A DNA stretch of 64,000 bases, from the NCBI GenBank assembly GCA_032718475.1, contig JAUCBJ010006426.1:13498-77497 (forward strand). Direction: 5' to 3'. Within the stretch, counting starts at the first letter, position 1, and each line of letters opens with the position of its first letter. The DNA comes from Nemertoderma westbladi. Lineage: Eukaryota > Animalia > Xenacoelomorpha. The notes beneath the pieces are model-generated. The model saw nothing but the letters and a program-made list of their open reading frames with translations, did not search any database and was not told the origin of the DNA. The translations under genes and the position numbers were made by a program. Shown here in pieces: positions 1 through 13,122 of the stretch.

Positions 1-200
1 GAACAGACAGACCAACAAACAGACTTACTGACAAAGAGACAGACCAGACATACAATAAATTACAGAGACCACAGAAGTCATAAAATGTCTGTTTAAAACA
101 ATTGTGTGTTCTTATACAGCAATTTAGTAGATAAATGTACTTGACTAAAATGGACAGACAGACCAACAAACAGACAGACTGACAGGCAGACAGACATGAT
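1..200. repeat. GACA-rich low-complexity / degenerate microsatellite with a short local duplication
   Basis: Runs of acag/gacag; the block acagacagaccaacaaacagac occurs near 3 and again near 153. Confidence 0.6.
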
Positions 201-859
201 TGTCTGTCTATATTTTTAAAAAACGGACCAAAACGGAATTCTCAGGAACCTAACTAAAATTTTGAAATGCCCCAATTCACTGCCTGCCCTGGCAGCCTAA
301 TGAACTACTGTATTCCTTCGATTAGAGAACAAACACCGAATAGTAGAAGATAAATTACTATTGATATATACCCCGTTCACTAATAGAACATAGATAAATT
401 ACTGTTGGTTTTAGCAGGCAAATACACAAGAATAAGTTACTGTAGAATAAAATACCCCAATGTATCACTGTAGCGATATATATACCATTTTTCACAAATG
501 GATAAAATAATTATTTCATAAAGCAAAAACAATTCAAAACAAATCAAGCAAAACAATCCTGTCCTGACTATTTTTTTATATATATTGTTGTAATTGAGTA
601 GGCCAATTTGTAAATGTATCATTTAATTCAATAATTGTACATACTTTACCATTTTACCGTTTTAAGTATTCATAAAATATAACTAAAGATAATATTAAAA
701 GTATTTAAAAAAAGTGACTGACGGGTAAAAAAGTTATGCTGGAGCAAAATAATAAAAGATGCTATTAAAAAAAACTTATTCTTTTTAGTATTTAAACAAT
801 ACAGTTTGGGAATGGTTAAATATTATTATATCGTAATCCGAATGGATATTTAATTTTTC

Positions 860-1220
860 TTAGTTTTTTTTGGTATTGCATTTATAAGTTTTATGTAAAC
901 CATTCCATTCGGATTCCGTGAAATCTTCCAATCCCAAGCACACATTGTGTATCCAATATGTACGACTTTTGCCCCCAACGTTTGTCACACCCCAACCAAA
1001 AGCCCGCCGTTTTCTTGTCATCAGCACTGTTCCACATTGCTTTGCAAAGTTTGCACTGATTCGCGATGGTTAACTGTCTTTTCTTGATTATTGGTTCCAC
1101 TCTGGTCATTGGGGACAGTCCCAGGGCCACATCTGCTTGAGAAAGCTGCCGACTGACAGTGGGTGCCCTGATCGAAGTCCAACGATTTATTGCCTGTAAA
1201 TATTGTATTAATAGTAACAA
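860..1220 (-). pseudogene. PHD-finger protein remnant, similar to the PHD fingers of the 22111-23800 gene
   Basis: CKLC...GFWLGCD, then after a frameshift near 965 TYWIHNVCLG...YKC; same W.GC...W.H..CLG pattern as the PHDs at 23300-23720. Confidence 0.6.
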
Positions 1221-1744
1221 GTTTTTTTATTATTGTCGAAGAAAGAAAAAATTATTTAAAATTATAATTGTGAATATTTTATAATTTTATAATAAATTGT
1301 TCGGTGCATAGTTACATCTTCATCGTTGAGTGGGGCATTGTTACGCTCTTGGTAAAGTTGTACAAAGATTATAAAGTATTATAAATTGGTATAATAAACT
1401 AACATCCATTCCATTTGCCTCAATGTTATTCTTTAATGTATCAAATCCCGAATCAGGGTGTATGAAAACAATGGTCTCTTTCTCTTTTCAGATTAGTATA
1501 GCAATCCCACAACTTTCTGGCGTTTATTGATTGAATTTATCAACCTATTAACATTTTTATCTAGGAATTAATAATAATTGTGTTTGTGATTTCAATTTCA
1601 ATTTTGTATGCAAGTCTTTTATTATATTAACTTGAATGTGAATAATATAATATCATAATAATAAATATAATATAACTTATGTATAATAAAATTATTAACA
1701 TAATCCATCCGTGTTTGTTTTGTCTTTAGTGGTCACGTATTTAA

Positions 1745-1775
1745 CCCTATTAAACCCGGGGGGGGGGGGGGGGGG
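1745..1775. mobile_element. Orphan terminus of a piggyBac-type non-autonomous element
   Basis: TTAA followed by CCCTATTAAACCCGGGG, the reverse complement of the right end of the element at 55417-56984. Confidence 0.55.
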
Positions 1776-1779
1776 CAGT

Positions 1780-3146
1780 CTCTATACAAGACTGTAATGC
1801 ATTTACACTTCGACCCTTCTCCAGTGATCACCGCCTTATTGTGGCCAAGGTAAGACTTAGTCTGCGTGCTAGCAGAATAACGAAATCTGCTCTCTGTTGC
1901 AACAGCCAAGTGTGAGATCCAGCTTCACACTACAGCTGAGCAACAGGTATGAGGCTCTTGCCTCTGAGGCGGCAGATCACTGTGAGGGCTATACTGCCTT
2001 TACAGAAGCAGTTAAGTTAGCAGCTGCAGAAACAGTTCCTGTATACCCTCGAAACAGGAAAAGGGCCCCCTGGTCTGACAACAAAATTCAGAAGTGCCGA
2101 AATGACCTCTACAAGGCGCAGAAAGAGTCCCGACTCAAATAGACTACAGCGGCCAAGAATGCAGTTAAGGCCGCATCTAGGTCCCTGAACAGGCAGTACT
2201 CCGTTAATTTACAGGAGCTAATAAACGAACAGGTTGATTCCATCAATGATGCTGATGACAGCAGGCAATCATCCCAGGCATGGAGATCGATTAACTTGCT
2301 TGCTGGTCGAAAAAGCCAACCAACCGCCAAGGTTAAGGCTGAATCACCAGCCGATCGCCTCAATGGTTGGAAGGCCCACTTTGAAAAGCTGCTCAATAAT
2401 GACAGGGTATTGCCTGATAACTTTATAGAAGTAAAAGTGTCTGAGTCTGTACTCCCAGATATTCCCATTGGTGATATCTCCTTTGCAGAAGTGAAGGCTG
2501 CTGCAAAGAGCATTAAGACCAATCGTGCCAGTGGAGTAGCTAGATGGTGTTCCCCCTGAGGTCTTTAAAATACCTGAGTGTTTAAAGCTCATCTATCCCA
2601 TCATAGTAGACATGTACCGAACAACAAGAGTCCCACAAGAAATGAAAACAAATAAGTTGGTGCCAGTTCCCAAGAAGGGCAACCTAACACTCTATGGTTC
2701 TTTTCGGGGAATATCATTGATCTCGATTGCTGCAAAGCTATACAATAGAATTATATTAAATCGTATCAGGGATCCCATTGAGAGACTGCTCCGTGGAAAT
2801 CAGAATGGGTTCCGTAAAGGTCGTGGGACCATGGAGCCCATTTTGGCACTTAGAAGGATAATTGAAGAGTTATCAAAAAAGAAAGACAGGCATCTGGCTG
2901 TTATCTTTGTTGACTTCTTCAATGCCTTTGATTCAGTCTCTCACTCACATATGTTCAGCATACTTTCATTATATGGGATTCCTGATGAAATTATTGCAGC
3001 AATCAGATCAGTATACGATGGTTCGACAACATTTGTGTCTACTGTTGATGGTGACACAGAACCATTTGAAGTGTTATGGGGCGTCCTCCAGGGAGACACA
3101 CTTGCACCATTCTTGTTCATAATTGTTGTTGACTATGTTTTACGCA
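1780..3146 (+). mobile_element. RTE-like non-LTR retrotransposon fragment (frameshifted ORF2, partial RT)
   Basis: ORFs 1897, 2296 and 2612 give LSNRYEAL, PVPKKGNL...FRGISL...NQNGFRKGR, FVDFFNAFDSV and GVLQGDTLAPFLFIIVVDYVLR; breaks off before the FADD/YADD motif. Confidence 0.85.
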
Positions 3147-3149
3147 CGT

Positions 3150-3445
3150 ATGGTGTTCAACTGTCACAATTATTCGGAATAAAGTCTAACCCGGAGAACG
3201 ACACTCACTCGAAGTTTGTACTACGCTGCCTGGAACTGGTATTTGATGACAGTGTTTTAAGAAACAATTCCAAAATTGGTAAAGAAAGCCGTGAATCAAC
3301 GAACAAACTCCAGCTCGATATTGGAAGAGTAAACTGGTGTAAGTTCGTTATCTTTAAGATGCGACCAGTCAACACTGGAGAGGATATGAGAAAATTATGG
3401 GGTCGAATTCAAATAATGTAAACACAGCCATAACGAAACGTTACA
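3150..3445 (+). pseudogene. BEN-domain-like fragment abutting the RTE fragment
   Basis: KFVLRCLELVFDDSVLRNNSKIGK...KLQLDIGRVNWCKFVIFKMRP...LWGRI resembles the BEN pattern F...L...F....L...S..G...LD...W..I; frameshift near 3410. Confidence 0.45.
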
Positions 3446-3789
3446 ACAAAAATTATAACTAGTAACTCTGTACTATATATACCTACTGTTAAACTGTGAA
3501 TGCATGTTTTGTTTATATTTTACTATATTTACAGTACCTGTTTACCATTTATTGTTGTATGCAATATTTATTAACCCTTTACCACGCCCTTTTGCAAGTC
3601 CTGTTTTGTGTCCAATTATAAATTAATTATTATATTATTATAAATTAAACTAGTTCAAACATGGGGGGTGGTTGGTTTTTCTGAATAATATCCCAATCTG
3701 CCCTCCATCACCGTCTCATTGCCCCCTGCCAATGCTTCACTCCTACCGCTAGACCCAACCGCAACATCACTCCACAACCACCAGCACGA

Positions 3790-4110
3790 CTACCGTTCAT
3801 TGTCCCTATTCCAGCCCCAAGTCGCCGTTTTATATCCCCACCCCAACCGGCTCCTCGTCAATGTTTTGTTGTCTCTCCTCCCCAACCTGCCCCCAGTCAA
3901 AGTTTTATCCCCTCTCCCCAACCAGCTCCTCGTCAACGTTTTGTCTACCCTCCCCAACCTGCCCCCCGTCAAAGTTTTGTCCCCTCTCCCCAACCAGCTC
4001 CTCGTCAACGTTTTGTCTACCCTCCCCAACCTGCCACCCGTCAAAGTTTTGTCTACCCTCCCCAACCTGCCACCCGTCAAAGTTTTGTCTCCCCTCCCCA
4101 ACCTGACCCC
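3790..4110. repeat. C-rich minisatellite, ~33/66-bp units
   Basis: Repeats of ctccccaacc(t/a)g...cgtcaa(a/c)gttttgtc; the ORFs over it on both strands are repeat-derived. Confidence 0.85.
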
Positions 4111-4401
4111 TGTTTCATCTCCTCTCCACAACCATCCCCAAGACGTCGATTTATCTCCCCGCAATCCTCCCCCACCCCTATGTCACCCGATTTTACTCCA
4201 CCAGTTTCCCCGATGTTGATCACCCCACCACCCTCACCATTCGTTACTGTCTCTTATCGTCGTCCCCATTCTCAACTATCTAATTATCTAATACTATCTA
4301 ATAATTATTAAAACCATATACAGTTTAATATATTCAAATATCCAAATCCTTCCCCATACTTTCATTATTATTACTTACTATGGAACATAAGTTTGTCGAA
4401 T

Positions 4402-5206
4402 CAGTCATCACAGTCATCAGAACATCAGTCAAAACAACAAAAGGCTTATAAATTAATTGGATCAATAAACAACCTTCATCTCCTTTCCATTGAAACAGCT
4501 CTAAAGATTTTCGAAATAAAGATTGCCCCAATGGCACTTTATGGCTTCAAAAGTTATAGCCACCACCTTAAGCTGCAAAATCTAAAAGATATTGATCGGA
4601 TCAAATCGCGCTTTGTAAAGAAAATGTTATGTCTACATAAATCATCGTCTTCGACAGCTGCAATAAAGCTTGCCAACTCAAAGATGTTTATAGAGACGAC
4701 TCTAGACAAGAACCCTGATATCCTTAATCCAGACGTTCTAGAACAATATAGAGCACACAGGGAGGAGCGCACCGCCAACTTCGCAGCCAGGGGGTACCAG
4801 CGTGGCCCAGGGTTCACCACTAACTGGTGGAGACTCCCGGGGCAACGCAAAAGACACATCATTACCAGGACCACGATCCACGGCTGGCACCACAGGATCT
4901 GCGTAAACCGCCGATACCACGACCCGGAGGACAAATGTGTCTGTTTGTTCTGCAATGGCTGCTGCAGCGACAGATACCACGTCCTGTCTTGCCCGGACTG
5001 TCCTCGACCCGAAGCCCTCGCTACAGAAACCAACTAGAAAGGATAACTGGTGCAAAACATCTGCCGCTAACCATTTCTTTTTTTTATTAACATTTGTTTT
5101 TTACTAACTATTTATTGTGCTTAAATATAGAATTAATTGTGCTTTTTCTTTTTTAATACTGGACTTAATATACTTACCCCTAAAGGGGTGTAACTTCTTT
5201 TAAAAA
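4402..5206 (+). mobile_element. 5'-truncated non-LTR retrotransposon (ORF2 C-terminus with Cys/His finger plus 3' UTR)
   Basis: 15-bp TSD ATAAGTTTGTCGAAT at 4387-4401 and 5207-5221; A-rich 3' end; ORF ending 5037 with CVCLFC...HVLSC. Confidence 0.8.
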
Positions 5207-5248
5207 ATAAGTTTGTCGAATTCGAATACGATATCATACAGTATTTAA

Positions 5249-6895
5249 CACCTGAACAGCCGGCATTTTGATATACCTAGAACAGCCAAAGTGAGTCAAT
5301 TGACTCATTTTAGTTTTGAGGCTATTTTTTGGTATTTAAAACCAAAATTACATCTTGAAATGTCTTTAATATAGTTCACATGTATTATGCAATCATTATG
5401 ATATATGTATATATTAACTGATGTGATGACTCATCACAATGATGAAGATGTGGCTGGCCACGAGAAAAGGGACCTTATGTCGCAAAACCTGATTCTGAGA
5501 TAATCGCGTTTAAAGTTTCCCTCTATTTTTGGACAAATTTGATTGGATTATCAATTTAGAAATGTATAAAACGATGAGGGAAATTCAAATTGGTTCTGAT
5601 ATTCATTATACCTAGGAAATAACTAATTACAGGAAGCAATATAAGATGTTGCAGTATTCTATATCCCACTGTTTTAGGGTTTTCATGTCTGAATTTAGGA
5701 CTGAAATAAATTCTACTACTGTAATATATGTAGGTACTGTAGGCCTACAGTTATTTTTTAAATGCAATATACAGTAGCTATCATTTTCTTAATTTCATTG
5801 TTTACATTATCAGTTCATTATCTGTGAAATCTTGCATGTCAACATGGCATTTCTAAGACGACGTATGAATTCTTCTCAAGCTTTGAGAAGGCTACAAGAA
5901 CTAATAGATTTCGATGATATGGACAGTGGTAGTGATGCAAGTGATGGTGAAGTTAATGATGATGCTGATGCTGAGATGCAGTTGGAGTCCGATTCAAGTG
6001 ATAACGACTCATCAGAAAATGATTCATCAGATGAAGCTGTCCCAAATGAAGATCAAAAAATTAGAAGTTGTGACGGTACAGAATGGACAATACTAAGAGC
6101 AGGATCGACGGGAAAGTTCCAAAAACAAAATGTGCTAAGAAGAGCATCAAGAGTGACTGCCTACTGCAGAATTGTAGAAACGCCTATTGATGCCTGGCGA
6201 CTCTTGATCGATGAAGGATTACTACACAATATAGTTCAATGCACCGAGGAATATGCAAAAACTTTCAATGTTGACTGGAATGTATCCGAAGATGAACTTG
6301 ATGCTTTTATTGGATTATTATACATGAGAGGCTTATCAAATCAGCGAAATTTTCCGTTGGATTTACTTTGGTCAAATGAACTGGGCTCTCAGATATTCAA
6401 AGATACCATGTCGCGTAATCGTTTTAGAGAAATAAAAAAATTTCTTCGGTTTGATCGAAAATCTACAAGACGTATATGTTTAGAGGATGATAAATTTGCT
6501 CTTGCTTCCGAAATTTTGGATCGATTTGTGGAAAACAGTCAAAAGGCTTATCTTCCAGATGAATCCCTCACTATTGATGAGCAGCTGTTTCCGACTAAAG
6601 CGCGCTGCAGGTTCACTCAATACATGCCAAATAAGCCTGATAAGTTTGGGATAAAATTCTGGATATTGGCGGAATTAGACTCAAAGTACTGTCTGAACAT
6701 TCGTCCGTATCTTGGCCGAGATGAAACGAGAACTGAACAGCTAGGAACTCATGTTGTGATGACACTGATGAAGCCATACTTTGGATTTGGTTATAATGTC
6801 ACTACCGATAATTATCAAACACTCAAACTCATAGAGAAACGGACTTCGATAGTAGGTACGGTACGTGGAAACAGACGGGAAATACCTACAGAATA
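5249..6895 (+). mobile_element. piggyBac element, 3'-truncated
   Basis: TTAA at 5245-5248 followed by CACCTGAACAGCC with a nearby repeat of gaacagcc; transposase downstream; no right TIR found. Confidence 0.75.
5844..6895 (+). pseudogene. piggyBac transposase (PGBD4-like), truncated
   Basis: Acidic N-terminus, MSRNRF, LTIDEQLFP.K.RC.FTQYMPNKPDKFGIKFW, VTTDNY, GTVRGNRREIP; third catalytic Asp and Cys-rich domain absent. Confidence 0.9.
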
Positions 6896-7099
6896 CATGT
6901 CTGTTGTAGGTACCATCAACTCAAGACAGGGGGTGGGGGGGGGGGGGGGTCATGGTTCATGGGTCACGTTTCATTACATACATAGTTCATTCATTACACA
7001 CAGTATACTATATGCAGCTGCAGTGTTATAGATAAAATAATAAACTACAGGGTGACAGGTACTGTACAGTATGTAACAGGCAGATTTTATGTTTTATAC

Positions 7100-7330
7100 A
7101 TCAGTCAGTCAGCCCGGCGCAGCATTTTGCATTGCACAGAGCCAGTGCATGATTTTTGGCCCTTGCATGGGCGTGGGTTTGCACAGAGCCGACGCAGGAT
7201 TTTTAGCACCTGGCGTTGTTTTGCAGAGCCGGCACAGGATTTTTTTTACACCCAGTGTGGTTTTGCTCAGAGCCAGCGCAGGATTTCTGGCACACAGCGG
7301 CGCAGGATTTCTGGCACCCAGCGCCGCAGA
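7100..7330. repeat. Degenerate tandem repeat (cagagcc..cgcaggattt units)
   Basis: Several copies of agagcc(a/g)..gcaggatttt and of cagcggcgcaggatttctggcac. Confidence 0.6.
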
Positions 7331-7848
7331 AAATAAAACTATTCTAGGGCCTACAATACTACAGTACTGTAATGATTAGTACATTATTTTTTTATAATAT
7401 TATTATAAAAGTATTTATTAATGTAAGTACCGGTACAGTACCGGTCAGTATACCGGTACAGTACAGGGCCGGATTAACCAAAGCAGAGGCCCTGGACTAA
7501 TAAAAATGTGGAGGCCCCCAGCCCCCCCCCCCCCCCCCCCCCCCCCCCGTAAAAAAATATCAAAAGTTTGGTTCGAACAAACAAACAGACAGACAAGATA
7601 TAAATACAAAATATTAAATTTTATTTCACCCTGCAGCTGCAAATGAGTCGATGATTCTCTGTAACTTTTAACTTCATCATTTTTCCGAGGCTACAGTAAA
7701 TGACCCGCATTACTTCATTAAACGTGGCTCGGCCCGCAAACTTGGTTTTGTAATTTTGTAATATATACGTTTAATTTCCTGATCCTGTAAATAATATAAG
7801 AATAATAGGCCTATTTAATATGTTCACTCACAGTTACATCACATTTCT

Positions 7849-10526
7849 TCAGCATTTTAATAAGGCAAAATCATCAATAATTGAGCTGCAATCCATATCA
7901 CGAACAATGTCACTTTCTATAGCCATCAGGGCTAGATTTGATAATCGTCCATGACCCATCGATGAACGCAACACATTCTTAATCCGTTTGAGGAAATTGA
8001 AGCTGCGCTCACCACTACAGTTTGTGGAAAACTGGCAGAGATAGATGCGTAAAGCAACTTCTACATTCGGAAACGTTGATAATAAATCGGAGTCGAATAT
8101 TATTGAATACAGAGACATTGCAGTAATCTTAGCGAGCTTGCATCCTCTAACGAAGCAACAGAACTGCGCAAACTCACCGGGAAAGTCTGGCTCGATATCA
8201 CAGCTGTAAATCTCTGTAAGGTGTGTTGCTTTTTGATGCAGGGATTCTGAACTTAGTGATTCAAATTCTGTTAGAAAACCGAATTTATCATAAACTGTCC
8301 TGTACGCCTCTATGCGGGTATTCAATGCAGCTATCAACTGGTCAATGATAATTAAGAAAGTTTCTCTTCGAAATTTATCTCGGCCTGACAATGGGTCTTC
8401 ATCGGGAATCGGGTTATCATCAAAACTAAATCAAAATATTCAGTGTGAAGTAGGTAATTTTGTTCCACGGATGAAACTCTATTATAATAAATTAATTAAC
8501 TGTTTAATTAATTTTATTTAATTTATTTAATTAATTTATTTATTTAATTTATTAATTAATAGTATCACTTACCGCGTATTTCGTCGTCGAGTTCTTCTGA
8601 TATTAACAACATAGTCGACATCAACTTTCTTGAGTGCCTTTGCCTCAATTTCATCAAAGCCATGCCTTAAATTGTTTAGAAAGTCGACTAAAGACTTCAG
8701 AAGCGTGATGGCCGAGTTTAAATCAATATCATTTTTCTGTAATGATTTACTTGTTGCATTGAACCGTTGAAGAACTATACTCCACAGCTCGGCCACAATG
8801 GCAGTTTCTAAACTTTCCATATTTGTAGCCAAACATCTCGATTCGTGCCTCACATCAGCCTTCTGATCCTCATCAGCTGAAATACTTTCCAGTGCCTCAG
8901 CAATCTCTTTAAATTGTTTCATGAACGCTTGGGTTGCATCAGCATGAGCTGACCATCTCGTGTCTGATAGACGCTTGACTGTTACTGGGTGGGGATTGGA
9001 TGCAGGATCTTTTGTTAAGCAGTTGGTAAGAACACCCCACCGATATGTAGAAGCTGAAAAAAATGTATAAATATGCTGCAGTAGCCCGAAAAGATACTGC
9101 AGCAGGACAGCAATCCACAGCACATTGGCCAACTAAATTTAGTGAATGAGCGGCACAGGGAATATAATCAACGAGTGAATTCTGCTGCAGCAGCCGCGCT
9201 TGAACGCCTTTATACTTACCACTCATGTTAGAGGCATTATCGTAACATTGCCCACGACAGTATTTAAAATCTATTTTTAGCTCACTTAAATATTTTAGCA
9301 AAGATTCTGCAATAACTTCTCCGGAATGGCCTTCAATTTGCAAAAAATGCAAAAAGCGTTCAACGGGTTTGTGGATTTTGGGGTTAATATATCACAACAC
9401 CAGCGTCCATTGATCAATATGTTCCAAGTCCGGCGTTGAGTCAATGCTGACTGAATAATATTTGGCATCGTGAACCTCTTGTACTATAATCTTTAAGGCT
9501 GTTTCACCCATTAAAGAAATGAACTCTTCACATTTAGTGGAAGACAAATACGAAACATTCAGACAAATACGAAACATTCCCTCTTCCAGTGTTACCATAT
9601 TTTGCAATATGGGTTGATAAGAATGGATCAAATTTGGCTATTAGTTCTAAAGCCCCAAGATAGTTCCCATTAGAAACAGATCCAAATGTTTCATTGTCAC
9701 CTCGGAAAGGAAGTCCCCATTCTGATAAAAATTTAACTACAGCAACAATGCGCCTAAGAACATCCCGCCAATAGTTTTTTTCGTTTTCAAACTGAGTTTC
9801 CAGTTCACTGTCAATCCATCCCGGAGCTGTCTGTCTGCTGCAAAAGCTAAACATTGCCTTTCTATGGTCAGCAGATATTTCATGCTCTGCAATATGGTGA
9901 GAACTGTGTTGCCAGTCACTATATCCAGACTGTGCAAGCTGTGATGTAGATGTTGAATATAGCCGGCATACAAAGCAATATACACTTCCAAGCGATGGTG
10001 AATAAAGCAGCCATTCACGTTTCACCTTTTCTCCATTACATTGATTGATTCGAGAAAATAAATTTCGTGATAAATAATGTTTCTGAGACTTGGTTTGTCT
10101 CTCGGAGGACATCAAATCCGCATCACGATTCTGGCAGGAAGATGGTCCTATCTTGGACCAATAGTTAACAAGATCGGTGTTGATACTCCACAATGCAGGA
10201 TCTGTACTTGGTTTAGTTGATCTTGATATTGCAGGTGCAGGTACTGAATGACTTTGATCAAAATTCAACTCACCAGAATGCCCAGGTTCAAGTTCAACAT
10301 CACCATCATGTGGATCACTGGCTGATGACATATGTAGATCCTCAGCCTCACGATCAACACTCGAAGTTGAAGTTGGCATTGGGAGATCCTGATCAATAAT
10401 TGCTGACTGGGATATACTGAAATATTGAGACAATTTCGGCGTCTTTGATAGCAAAAGGTCATCTTCAGCTGTTTTCTTTGCTTTATTCTTTCGCTTTGAA
10501 CTTCCACTCATAAACACAGGTGACAT
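7849..10526 (-). pseudogene. hAT transposase with TTF zinc finger, DUF4371-like region and dimerisation domain; frameshifted; one intron
   Basis: REWLLYS...YCFVCRLY, LPFRGDNE, DSTPD, GQCYDNASNMSG, CAAHSLNL, TRWS, CSGERSF; GT-AG intron 8572-8426 restores RRRNTR|FDD; a 19-bp tandem duplication near 9542-9579 causes a frameshift. Confidence 0.9.
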
Positions 10527-11680
10527 CTTTCAGTCTTTGAAGTAAGCAGGAAAGTTGTTAAGTTAATAGCAATACAATATATATAATAAACAAAGATTTT
10601 TTAGATTTTATTTTAGATAGATTTTAATTAGGCCTATTTCTTTTGTGTCTGTTATATTGTGTTTGTTTATAGTATCACAGTCCCTAGCCCCCCCCCGCCC
10701 CACGGCCACACCCACAAACAAACTAACAATCTGACTGCCCCCCCCCCCCCCGGACTGTAATACAAATTGCACTTAATATTTTGGAGCAAAAATAATAATT
10801 CAATAACTAAAAAACACTAGTACACAGTTTTATAGGTACAGTAAAGTCCGGGGGGGGGGGGGGGGGGGGGCGTCAGATAGATAGTAAAATAATATAATAT
10901 TATTATTATAATACAAAATAATATTGAAAGTGACGTTTTGATTGAAATTGAGCCTATTATGAATAATGATTTCAATATGGCGCCCCCTTTAAAGTGCCAG
11001 GGTGGTGTTCACTGTACAGTATGTATGACTGCCTGCATAGTCGTGTGTGAGCAAGCCAATCCAGTGGCTAGGGGAATGTCAGAGTAGGCCCCTTTCCATT
11101 ATTGGTTTGCTTGAGGCTGGCTGTAATGGGATCAATGTATCAATGTAACCAACAAAGAGGTTAATAAAGGCACTACACACTAAGGCAGTGAGCCTATCCT
11201 CCTACCACACATCACATCCTATCTAGAGGCATTCATTCTCTGCAGTGTTTGTTGGCCTAAGGCTTAAGGTAGATCCGGCCCTGTGAGCGTGAGACAGAGA
11301 CAGGTAGTGGTGTCCAGTAGTAGGCTTTGCCTCATCATTCAATGTATACAGTCCAAGCCTGGTGGGCCCTGATCCAGTGCTTGCCTCTATGTTAAGACGG
11401 CACTGTGTAGGCTGCTGCAGAGATAAATAAATAGGTGTGGGGGGGGGGGGGGGGGGGGTGTGGGTGTGGGGGTGTAACTCGTAGGAAGGGATGCCATAAA
11501 TAGTGGATTTCTTGACAGCCTCGGAGCTTAAGCGTAAGCGTTTGCATTCACATAAAAAAGATAAACAATATATTAATTTTTTTAACACCATTTTTTAAAT
11601 AAAAAGGTTGTAATTTTTCGAGGCCCCTAGATATCGGGAGGCCCTGGACTGCAGTCCATTTAGCCCTGCTGTTAATCCGG

Positions 11681-12744
11681 TGTAACAGCGGATTCTGTCC
11701 CCCCGCGGATATGGTCCGGGGGGACCGAATCCGCTAGCGGATTGAGTCCGGGGGGACCGAATCCGCTAGCGGATTCTGTCCCCCCTCCGCAGATTGAGTC
11801 CCCCCTTAAATTATAATTTTACAGTACAGTCAGACAGTGCTGAGTGCAGCAGTACTGGTACTGACATAGCAGCGTAGCTTATGCATTAAATTATAGACTG
11901 ATTAAAACTGCAGTAGCTACCACTACTGCGTTAAACTAAATTCCCACATCTGTATATACTGATATAGTCGCATCAGTACAGTAGGCTATTATGGCCAACT
12001 TCGATGAGACGCAGCTTTATCAAGCCGTCTATAATTATATTTCGGGAGATGACACATATCCAGTCAATTCAACAAAGTTGCAACTATACTCAGGAAAGCG
12101 GCTAATTTCAACATTATAGATTCATTATGGATGAGGGATGATTACATGAGGAGGAGGAAGATATTGTACTGTCCCTATTACAGTAAATAATCATACTGTA
12201 GTTCGAGTTGTCAGGTGTATTTGGTTGGATTTGTCATTGGTCAGTTGGTGTCATTTCGGTATATTCAGGTATATTCAGTTCAGCTGTTACACCTAAACCC
12301 AACTGAGTAACAGTTATTCATATTCATTCATGTTCATTCATATTATTATAGTTTGCAGGTGGGGAGGATAAATTTTCTAATAATAAAAAGGTTAAAACAA
12401 TATAACCTCATTACAATAAATTTATCGTACTACGAAATTGGAGAGGAGCAGGTTACACACAATGTTTTCTAACCAGAACAATAAACGATACATACTGAAT
12501 AACCGGTCTGCCAGTATTGTATCCATTGACAATAAGGAAGGGAACGGAGCAGTCTGGCAGTGTATTTTGAATTTATTGCAATAACATTGGGGGGACCAAA
12601 TCCGCGAACGAGGACCCAATCCGCTAGCAGATTTGGTCCTAGGGAGACCAAATCTGCTAGCGGATTGGGTCCGGGGGGACTAAATCCGCTAGCAGATCTG
12701 GTCCGGGGGGACCGATTCTTCGGGGGACTGAATCCGCTGTTACA
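11681..12744 (+). mobile_element. Non-autonomous Ginger1-type element
   Basis: Termini TGTAACAGCGGATT...AATCCGCTGTTACA, 4-bp TSD CCGG (11677-80, 12745-48), ~30-bp subterminal repeats; remnant N-terminus MANFDETQLYQAVYNYISGDDTYP at 11991. Confidence 0.8.
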
Positions 12745-13122
12745 CCGGCACTGGTCAGTCAGCTGGTACCCTATATAATTAACTCACCAATCAACTCTTA
12801 AAACCCTTCCATGCATGAATTAATTTTTTTTTCAAATTTTTTCAGAAAAAACTATTTTCTGGTATATTTTTACCTGCAAATTCAGAAAAAAATATCAAAA
12901 ATTAAAAAAAATGGTCAGTTTTTGAGCTATGGTGCGTTTTGTCTGCGTGCCACATATGGCACGATATGCATTAGAGGTAACAAAAAGTATAAACCCTTTA
13001 GTGCATGATGGGCCATATATGGCACAACACATAACACGACTCCCACGAAGTAGAAGAAAAATGTGCTTTTAATTTTATTATAATTTCCTTTTTTTATAAT
13101 TACATAGATAATTACACACAAA

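Larger units (their letters stand above)
7464..12753 (-). mobile_element. hAT DNA transposon (ZMYM1/TTF-type), right TIR interrupted by a Ginger element
   Basis: Left end CAGGGCCGGATTAA; right end reconstructs as TTAATCCGG[Ginger]CACTG; subterminal gaggccc motifs at both ends; flanks gtacagta / gtcagtca are only an imperfect TSD. Confidence 0.8.

Noticed and set aside
3719-4219. Proline-rich 166-aa protein
   Set aside because: Translation of a C-rich minisatellite that is open in several frames
6896-7031. C-terminus of piggyBac ORF 5832-7031
   Set aside because: Read-through into unrelated poly-G-containing sequence after the truncation point
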